Shown here in pieces: positions 29,441-36,023 of a stretch of DNA of 36,023 nt (its first letter is position 1; every line of letters starts with the position of its first letter). Source of the stretch: a virus. Lineage: Duplodnaviria; Heunggongvirae; Uroviricota; Caudoviricetes. Under the pieces are notes generated by a model. It did no database searches and had not been told where the DNA came from. It worked only from the letters and a program-made list of their open reading frames with translations. The translations under genes and the position numbers were made by a program. The stretch lies in the IMG/VR virus record IMGVR_UViG_2778261035_000011; one strand, given 5' to 3'.

Positions 29441-29970
29441 CACGCCACCTCCTGCACCGCTACGGGAGCCGGAGAACAATCAAGAATGAGATAACGCAGT
29501 ACATGGTCGGTGATATTCCAGTCGCTTGAACTGCAAATAAACCGCCCCAGCCGGATATCGATATAAGCCATCACAAAACGTGGCATTCCCTGTTTGCACA
29601 TCTCGTCATCCACTTCTGCAACGATGTGAACGGACTCACAGGTCAGTACGCCTGTCGCAAACTCTTTTGCCAGTGCGGGGATGGTATTACCTTCCACCCA
29701 GGGTAATGAGCGACGCCAGTTGCACCACACCGCATCATCAACAGCAGGCTGCTCAGTTGCGTTTCGTCTTACAGGCGGCGTCGGACGCGGGCGCGGAACG
29801 TCATAAAATCCGTTGCATTCGGTGAGAACGCCGGCATCAACCGCATCACGCAGGAAATACACCATTGACGAGGGCAGCATATTCATTTTTTCAGCCAGAA
29901 CTCCGCAGGTCAGGCGTCCGTAAGCCCGTAATAATGTGCTGACACCATTCAGAATTTTTGCATCAACCAT
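29440..29970 (-). CDS. hypothetical early protein
   Basis: 176 aa; follows gam after a 98-bp AT-rich gap. Confidence 0.5.
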   Translation of the reverse strand: MVDAKILNGVSTLLRAYGRLTCGVLAEKMNMLPSSMVYFLRDAVDAGVLTECNGFYDVPRPRPTPPVRRNATEQPAVDDAVWCNWRRSLPWVEGNTIPALAKEFATGVLTCESVHIVAEVDDEMCKQGMPRFVMAYIDIRLGRFICSSSDWNITDHVLRYLILDCSPAPVAVQEVA

Positions 29971-30068
29971 GTTTTATTCCTCAGTAATCTGTTTCAGGCG
30001 CGAGCAATCCCCTGACGTATCGCGCCATAATTAAAAGAATGTGAATTAATTAAATATTAATGGTGGTA

Positions 30069-30593
30069 TTAAATACCGGCTTCCTGTTCAAATGGAATAA
30101 TAGAAAAATCCTCAATGCCTGATTTAACTGTAATTCCTGCAACACCTGCGACCGCTTTCGGTTCCAGTAAAATCGCTTCCTTGTTGATTTCCTGCTTCGT
30201 GCGAATAAAGCGTTGCAGGCCAAGACGCTCCAGCGTTTCCATCACTGCATCCATACCACGAATACTTACTGATGGTGGACGGACCCGCCACGATACATCA
30301 CCGGTGACAAGATTTGCCGTCTTCACTTTGCCGCCGTTCGTCAGTTCGTCGCGGTTCGCTTCACACCATCCCTGAACGCCTTTTGAAAGGGTTTCAATAT
30401 CGGTTTTAATCGGTGCAATCCGGGCCGCAAATTTCTCCGTAATTTCCGCGATGGCATCATTCATTTCCGTTTCCAGACGTGATGCTTCGCGCTGTAAATC
30501 CCCGATGCGTTTAATATCGGTAATCACCGCATCGCGGTTTTGTGGCACATAAGCCGCTGCGGCACTTTTGATACGTTTTGCTGGTTTAGCCAT
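30069..30593 (-). CDS. gam: Gam host-nuclease inhibitor (Ku-like DNA-end binding protein)
   Basis: 174 aa; N-terminus MAKPAKRIKSAAAAYVPQNRDAV and coiled-coil region typical of Mu Gam. Confidence 0.9.
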   Translation of the reverse strand: MAKPAKRIKSAAAAYVPQNRDAVITDIKRIGDLQREASRLETEMNDAIAEITEKFAARIAPIKTDIETLSKGVQGWCEANRDELTNGGKVKTANLVTGDVSWRVRPPSVSIRGMDAVMETLERLGLQRFIRTKQEINKEAILLEPKAVAGVAGITVKSGIEDFSIIPFEQEAGI

Positions 30594-30612
30594 AAATTAA
30601 AGCTCCTGTTAA

Positions 30613-30912
30613 TTAATATCCGCTGTATACAATGCTGGATACAGCTCGATTGCTTAATTCCATCTTTCGGGCAATGACATGAATATCCAGCCCTTCTTTA
30701 TAAAGTTCACGACATAAATATTTGTCGTGTTCACTGATTCGGTATACACACAATGATATTCCGTGCCTTCTGGCATGTGCCCGGAGGGCGGTTGTGGCGA
30801 CTTTCAGTTTTTCCGCCATTTCTTCAACGGTCATTTTCCCGACGTTGGCTTCGATAAATTCCCGGTCTTCGCGTGACCAGCGCTTACGATTACACTTCAT
30901 GTCAGCCACCAT
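30613..30912 (-). CDS. hypothetical early protein, possible HTH DNA-binding
   Basis: 99 aa; ...MTVEEMAEKLKVATTALRAHARRHG resembles a helix-turn-helix. Confidence 0.45.
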   Translation of the reverse strand: MVADMKCNRKRWSREDREFIEANVGKMTVEEMAEKLKVATTALRAHARRHGISLCVYRISEHDKYLCRELYKEGLDIHVIARKMELSNRAVSSIVYSGY

Positions 30913-31332
30913 TCAGTACAGCAGAGGCTCGCGCAGTGATGCCGGAATATGCCGCAGCGATAACTGAACCGCTTTCAGGGCAAGCGAGGAATAACAGCAG
31001 CGCGCCCAGCCTTTTGCCATTAACCGGTAATCGCGCCAGATACGCTGCCACATTTCACGGGCTTTCGGGTCTGATACACAGATGTATTCACGGTCCATGA
31101 CGTACTCCCATAAATCCACGTTAAACGCATCGCCAGACGCAATGGCGCGGGATATGCTTTCGCCACAATAACGCGCACAGATGCTGTAATGGTCGAAAGT
31201 AATCAGGTAAGTCTTTTCACCACAATCATCAACTTTCCGGGCGCAAATAAACTCGCGTAATTCACCACCGTTGTTATTGCGTTCCTGAATTCGGATTAAT
31301 GCCTGAATTTCATTTCGGATTTTGACGTTCAT
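30913..31332 (-). CDS. hypothetical early protein
   Basis: 139 aa, Cys- and Trp-rich; tightly packed in the early operon. Confidence 0.45.
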   Translation of the reverse strand: MNVKIRNEIQALIRIQERNNNGGELREFICARKVDDCGEKTYLITFDHYSICARYCGESISRAIASGDAFNVDLWEYVMDREYICVSDPKAREMWQRIWRDYRLMAKGWARCCYSSLALKAVQLSLRHIPASLREPLLY

Positions 31333-31352
31333 TGTCAGCGTTCCTTTGCGAA

Positions 31353-31622
31353 TTAATGTTTAACCGCATTCACCGGATGTGGTACTAAATCACATTCAGC
31401 TTCCATACCCACTTTCTTCATAGTGGTCAGCATCTCATCTTTGGCCTTTTTAATAATTTCAGGAGCCATAGTCAGGACGATATTTGCCAGTAAATCATGA
31501 GGCCCGGTATTTTCCGTTGGCGAGATATCTGCAAGACATGCTTTTGCATCCAGAACTTCTCTGCGCCCATTGCAACCGTCACTACTTTCCAGCCATGTAA
31601 ACTCAAAGATAACCTTTGCCAT
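31353..31622 (-). CDS. hypothetical early protein
   Basis: 89 aa; early-operon synteny. Confidence 0.45.
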   Translation of the reverse strand: MAKVIFEFTWLESSDGCNGRREVLDAKACLADISPTENTGPHDLLANIVLTMAPEIIKKAKDEMLTTMKKVGMEAECDLVPHPVNAVKH

Positions 31623-31633
31623 TTTGTTTCTCC

Positions 31634-31888
31634 TTATTGATTCTGAATAACTGCGCTGGCTTTTACCTTCGCGCCTTTTACCTGCTTAAAGAAAACCGCG
31701 CTGCACCACGGACAACATGTCAGGGAATCCCGAATTTCCTTTTCGGGTGAGCATTGCGTCATAATCTGTTCACCACATCCGGGGCATTTATATGTCGTCA
31801 GCGGCACCCCGTGGCACTGACAGTGTTTAACCCATTCAATATATTTTTCAGCTTTAATACACATCGTTATCTCCAGATAATCTGGCAA
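31634..31888 (-). CDS. Cys-rich small protein (putative zinc-binding)
   Basis: 84 aa with CQCHG...CPGCG...CCPWC motifs. Confidence 0.5.
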   Translation of the reverse strand: MPDYLEITMCIKAEKYIEWVKHCQCHGVPLTTYKCPGCGEQIMTQCSPEKEIRDSLTCCPWCSAVFFKQVKGAKVKASAVIQNQ

Positions 31889-32094
31889 CCATTAAGACGG
31901 GCCGTCCATACAGAACGGGCCACCCCGGACTTATGCTCCATAATTCTGACCGCGCTTTTTACCAGTTCCACCGGTGGGTAAGTGATTTCAAGAATCGGAC
32001 GCGCCACACCGAGATATGATTCATTTACATGACTCCCGCGCGCCTGTAACCAGTTCTGCGCATCCGTTGCCATTTTTATATTTCGGGCCATCAT
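31867..32094 (-). CDS. small early protein directly after B (position of Mu kil/cim-type genes)
   Basis: 75 aa; first ORF after B. The kil assignment is positional only. Confidence 0.4.
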   Translation of the reverse strand: MMARNIKMATDAQNWLQARGSHVNESYLGVARPILEITYPPVELVKSAVRIMEHKSGVARSVWTARLNGCQIIWR

Positions 32095-32109
32095 AATTTC
32101 TTCTCCTTC

Positions 32110-33048
32110 TTAATTACGCAGCAGCGTTGAAATATCAACGTCCAGGTCTAATTCACGGAAAGCCTGACGCAGATAATCTTCGTTAACACGCTCATCTTTA
32201 CCGTGAGCCGTCATGGCGGCAAGGCGAAGTGAATGATTCAGAATGCGAAGCGCACCTGGTTTCTGCGCAATCTGCTGTAATAACTCCAGTTCTTTTTCGC
32301 CGTTAATCTGCCAGGCATCCGCAATAGCTTTTACATCGGCTTTTTTTGTTTTATTAATTGCAGTGCGCTTTGCAATACGGGAAAACAGACGGGCAAATTC
32401 AACCGTTCTGTTACCCCCCGTCATATTTGAATAAACCCGGTGATTTCCCATCAGCACAAGGCCAATACGGGTTGATTCCTGTAACAGGCGGAGTTCTTCC
32501 AGAACTTCGGCACCAAGATGATCAGCTTCGTCGATGATAACCAGCCCCTGTGTACCTTCAAGGCGACGTCGCAGGGCGCGGGAGAGCGGCCCTTTACGGC
32601 GTGGTGCGTCATTCATTCCCAGCTCAAACGCCAGTTCAGTAAGACATTCCAGAACGCTGGCACAGGATGGCGTAATGGTGATCATCCAGACATTGTTATT
32701 GGTGCGGCGATATTCACGGGCCGCTTCGGTTTTGCCCACACCAGGATTGCCACATACAACAGCAATACTTTCAGTCAGGCTGGCAAAACGCATACTTGTC
32801 CAGATTTGTTTTACCGTCTGCGTTTCCACAAAGCGGGGCGGTTCAGGTAGTTCTGCAACTGCATGATATTTTTCCAGCCAGCGTTGCAGAATTTGTGAAA
32901 CACGCTCGTTATCCCCGTTGTACTTATCATTGATAAAACTACTGATAGTTCCGGTAGAAAGTCCGCTCTCAAGAGCAATTTGTTTAAAGGTGGTTTCTTC
33001 ATTTTCTACAAGCGTGCGCAGTCCTGCGCGAATATCGGAAATATTCAT
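32110..33048 (-). CDS. B: transposition ATPase / target DNA activator MuB
   Basis: 312 aa; Walker A VVCGNPGVGKT and Walker B LVIIDEADHL; immediately downstream of the transposase gene. Confidence 0.95.
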   Translation of the reverse strand: MNISDIRAGLRTLVENEETTFKQIALESGLSTGTISSFINDKYNGDNERVSQILQRWLEKYHAVAELPEPPRFVETQTVKQIWTSMRFASLTESIAVVCGNPGVGKTEAAREYRRTNNNVWMITITPSCASVLECLTELAFELGMNDAPRRKGPLSRALRRRLEGTQGLVIIDEADHLGAEVLEELRLLQESTRIGLVLMGNHRVYSNMTGGNRTVEFARLFSRIAKRTAINKTKKADVKAIADAWQINGEKELELLQQIAQKPGALRILNHSLRLAAMTAHGKDERVNEDYLRQAFRELDLDVDISTLLRN

Positions 33049-33086
33049 CTGAATAACCTCGTAATTAAATTTTGTTTAAACGTTAA

Positions 33087-35093
33087 TTAAATGGCTTTTT
33101 TACGTCTGTTCTGTTCCAGAATATCCAGCGAATGATTCAGATATTCATCACGCTCAGTTTCGTATTCATCATCACGCTCCTGATTCTTCACCCGTTCCAT
33201 ATTACCGGAAGGCCGGAAAATGCCGACAATTCGTGATTCTGGTGCTTCAGGTTCGGCTATCTGCGGCAGCAGCTCTGCCACTTCCAGTGCATCCATTTGT
33301 TTCTGTGCCTTAATCGCTGCTTTCGTCGCAGATTTCAGTTGTTTCTGGCGGCGGCGATATTCACGGCCTGCCGCAGCATCATTAAACGCAACAGGTGACA
33401 GACATTCCGCTTCACAGATAAACCGACCGTCCAGGGTGTAGCAATAAACCGTGCTGTGTAACTGCTGTGGATCAAATCTGACCACAACTTTTTTCACTCC
33501 GGCATTCATTAACGCCATGTTGTAATAAACGTTTTTCGCACCTTTAAGGGAGCCGCCAACTTTAAGCGCGAACTCGCCTTTACGTGAAACGTTCACCGCC
33601 TCGGCAGGCAGTAACAGCATCCGTTTTTGCTCTTCGGTAGGCTTACGCACAATCGTTCTGGCGTATTCACGCTCAAAAACGTCATCAAACGAAAGTTTGC
33701 CTCCGCACATTTCTGTTTCACGGCCTGTTCTGGCATTGAACATCGCCACACCTTCGGCAAGGGTTTTCAGAAACAGCTCTGCATCAACAGCGCGGTCGCC
33801 ATAGTTATCAGGTTTTGCCTGCGGATTAGGCCCCGTATATGCGCCAGCCAGTGCCGGATGCTTATCAACGTATTCCTCAAGCCCACCAACACCGAAAGCA
33901 CGTTCAACAGGTTTTGCCTGGCCCCAGCCTTTACCGGCAACAACGCTTGTCCAGTGCATTTTCGCCCCCATCAGTAAAAACAGTCCTTTTGGATCGTCCT
34001 CTTTTACCTTAAAGCGGTAGCGATTGGGCGCGCCTCCCGTCAGCCATTTATTCGCAGCACCACGGGTGTTATCAATGGTGATGTGAAAATCCTCCGGGAT
34101 ACCGTAGCGAGTCACAACATCCATGAACGAGAGGCGAATTGAATCAATGTTCTCGCTCACATCGCAGCGCCAGCCCAGAATTTTTCGGGTTTTCACATCC
34201 TGCCAGAACCATGTTTTCGGGCGGATCACATCACCGTTAAACCAGCGTACAAAGACGTTATGCAGATAACCGTCGCCGTTGATCCACTGCATGGCGTCCA
34301 GGTGTTCCACAGTTCGTTGTTGTGCCGGTATCAGATGCATCAGTGCATGTTCACCTTCACGGCAGGCAACAACCATTGCCTCGTTCAGTTGCTGAATCCG
34401 GCGAAAGGCCGTGGCACGGGAGGGAATACTCCAGCCATGCTCGCGGGCTGCCAGTTCCAGACGCTCATAACATTTGCGGAAGGCGGGTTTTTCCGGTCGC
34501 AGATAATCTGCAATCAGAAACTGCCAGGCATCCTCGTCAAATTCACTTTTGTGAACATTGCGACGGGATGCACCACGTCCATCAACAAGAGCAGCCGCCC
34601 AGTCAGGCTTCGCAAACTTCTGTACCTGGTAATACTTGTCACGCAAAGTGGATGCGCTGACCTGGTAATGTCCTGCAACGGTCGCAAAAGCCGTTTTTGT
34701 TGAAATCCCCTGGTTCAGCATTTCGTCTGCGGCCTGAACCGCAGGCAACCATTTTTCAGCAAGTCTGCGCTGGGAATCGCTGGCGTTATCCCATTTGCTC
34801 CACAGCGCCTCGCGATCATAATCGTGGGCTTCCAGCGTGGGGCGGGCGATTTCAAAACGGCCCATGCTTGTTTCAATCTCTCCTTGTCTAAGCAATAACG
34901 CAGCTTGCGTTTCCTTTGGTAAAGATGAGATATGAAACTCATAGGCTACTCCTCTTACCCCGTGTATCTGTCGAAACACCCACTGTTCTAACCTTGCTTT
35001 ACGAGAGATCGCGCTAGAGGATTTTGGAAGACCTATCAGCCCTTCTAATTTCTTTGCAGAAAACCAATCATTACATTGTGGTTGCATTTTCAA
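33087..35093 (-). CDS. A: DDE transposase MuA
   Basis: 668 aa; N-terminal DNA-binding domain homologous to the repressor N-terminus in this window; long central catalytic core; acidic C-terminal tail ending NRRKKAI. Confidence 0.95.
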   Translation of the reverse strand: MKMQPQCNDWFSAKKLEGLIGLPKSSSAISRKARLEQWVFRQIHGVRGVAYEFHISSLPKETQAALLLRQGEIETSMGRFEIARPTLEAHDYDREALWSKWDNASDSQRRLAEKWLPAVQAADEMLNQGISTKTAFATVAGHYQVSASTLRDKYYQVQKFAKPDWAAALVDGRGASRRNVHKSEFDEDAWQFLIADYLRPEKPAFRKCYERLELAAREHGWSIPSRATAFRRIQQLNEAMVVACREGEHALMHLIPAQQRTVEHLDAMQWINGDGYLHNVFVRWFNGDVIRPKTWFWQDVKTRKILGWRCDVSENIDSIRLSFMDVVTRYGIPEDFHITIDNTRGAANKWLTGGAPNRYRFKVKEDDPKGLFLLMGAKMHWTSVVAGKGWGQAKPVERAFGVGGLEEYVDKHPALAGAYTGPNPQAKPDNYGDRAVDAELFLKTLAEGVAMFNARTGRETEMCGGKLSFDDVFEREYARTIVRKPTEEQKRMLLLPAEAVNVSRKGEFALKVGGSLKGAKNVYYNMALMNAGVKKVVVRFDPQQLHSTVYCYTLDGRFICEAECLSPVAFNDAAAGREYRRRQKQLKSATKAAIKAQKQMDALEVAELLPQIAEPEAPESRIVGIFRPSGNMERVKNQERDDEYETERDEYLNHSLDILEQNRRKKAI

Positions 35094-35317
35094 TACCTCG
35101 AAGGCCAGAGGTCTCGTGGCTCAACTCCCAATGCATCGGCAATAATTCTTTCACCCCGAGGGTAAGGTTTATCCAAGGCATTTTTTACCGTAGAGATAGA
35201 GAGACCGTTCTCACGACCAAGAGCTGCTAGGCTTTTTCCTCTTTTGCGCAGATCAGCAACAATGTCGTATCTGCTTTTGTCTTCACATTTACTTTTCTTT
35301 ATCGCCATAAAATGCAA
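35090..35317 (-). CDS. ner: Ner-like DNA-binding regulator (negative regulator of repressor and early transcription)
   Basis: 75 aa; ...[38 protein letters not shown] matches the Ner/Nlp family signature; divergent from c across the operator region. Confidence 0.85.
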   Translation of the reverse strand: MHFMAIKKSKCEDKSRYDIVADLRKRGKSLAALGRENGLSISTVKNALDKPYPRGERIIADALGVEPRDLWPSRY

Positions 35318-35504
35318 TCCTCACAAGCTACGCCATCAGCTACGCCGCAAGGTAGCTGACAAGGTATGCAGCAATGTTAGTGTGAATACATTGTCAATGC
35401 AATGATGTATTCAAATATTTCGTTTGAATTTCATCTATCTTGATGATTTTAAAATGAATATATTTTTGTTTCTTTGAATACATGGTGTATTTAAAGCGAG
35501 GTTT
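35318..35504. promoter_or_regulatory. operator / divergent promoter region between ner and c (expected Pe, Pc and transposition enhancer)
   Basis: AT-rich 187-bp gap with repeated TGAATA(CA) motifs in both orientations (35384-35390, 35406-35413 inverted, 35424-35429, 35453-35458, 35475-35482). Confidence 0.6.
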
Positions 35505-36023
35505 GTGATGACACAAGAATGGTTTTCAGCTAAAGAGCTACAAGGGGTTGCTGGTCTTCCGTCTTCAGCAAGTAGTATTAGCCGCAAAGCAACTAATGAG
35601 GGATGGAAAAAGAGACAGATCAAAGGAGTAAAGGGAGTTGCTTATGAATACCATATCAGCTCATTACCTGATGCCACTCAGGCAGAATTAGGAGGGGCGC
35701 AGTTATTAGATAGCGATAAGCCAGCTTATAAGTTAGCTTCTGTGTTAATGGCTTTGGTCGCAGAGTTAGAACCAGAGGAAATCCAGAGGGCATTAAAGCT
35801 ACTTAGTAAAGGCGGACTTGGAGCACTAATGCCAAGTATCTTTGATCAGACTCAAATCCAATCTCTGCACGGCGTATCGCGTGAGTGCATACAACTAGCC
35901 CAAATGCTAGAAACTTTACCAGCAGATGCGCGCAAAGAGATTTTGTCAGAGTATGGTATTCATGAACAGGAAGGTTTTGTAGCTCCTTCACAAGAACCAC
36001 AAGATGTAAAAAAAGCCGTATAA
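35505..36023 (+). CDS. c: Mu-type repressor c
   Basis: 172 aa; N-terminal domain shares long identical stretches with the MuA N-terminus here (WFSAKEL.G..GLP.S.S.ISRKA; GV.GVAYE.HISSLP); C-terminus ...[28 protein letters not shown]; divergent from ner. Confidence 0.9.
   Translation: MMTQEWFSAKELQGVAGLPSSASSISRKATNEGWKKRQIKGVKGVAYEYHISSLPDATQAELGGAQLLDSDKPAYKLASVLMALVAELEPEEIQRALKLLSKGGLGALMPSIFDQTQIQSLHGVSRECIQLAQMLETLPADARKEILSEYGIHEQEGFVAPSQEPQDVKKAV

Noticed and set aside
35435-35623. 62-aa minus-strand ORF spanning the operator region and the c start
   Set aside because: Overlaps the well-supported c gene and the regulatory region. Low-complexity and unsupported.
1-36023. CRISPR arrays, tRNA or rRNA genes, insertion sequences
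   Set aside because: No direct-repeat/spacer periodicity, no tRNA-like structures and no transposase other than MuA were seen on reading the sequence.

Overview
The window is almost entirely one Mu-like (Mu/D108 family) transposable prophage, read in inverted orientation: Mu's right-end functions are at the window start and its immunity region is at the window end. Going from low to high coordinates: an AT-rich secreted-protein gene, mom and com (minus strand), gin, the invertible G segment with both gix sites (S and U in the expressed orientation, S'v and U' silent on the plus strand), the baseplate/tail module (R, W, V, Q, P, N, tape measure, tube M, sheath L), the head module (K, J, T, I, G, F, portal H, terminase E and D), a lysis cassette (SAR endolysin, overlapping spanins, gp25-like membrane protein), late activator C, the middle operon, mor, gemA, a block of small accessory early ORFs flanking gam, B, transposase A, ner, an operator region and the divergent repressor c. 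Neither phage end is inside the window; a complete secreted-protein gene sits beyond mom where canonical Mu would end. All calls rest on reading the supplied translations and the nucleotide sequence by eye; no database search was run, and family names come from recalled knowledge of phage Mu biology. No tRNA, rRNA or CRISPR array was seen.
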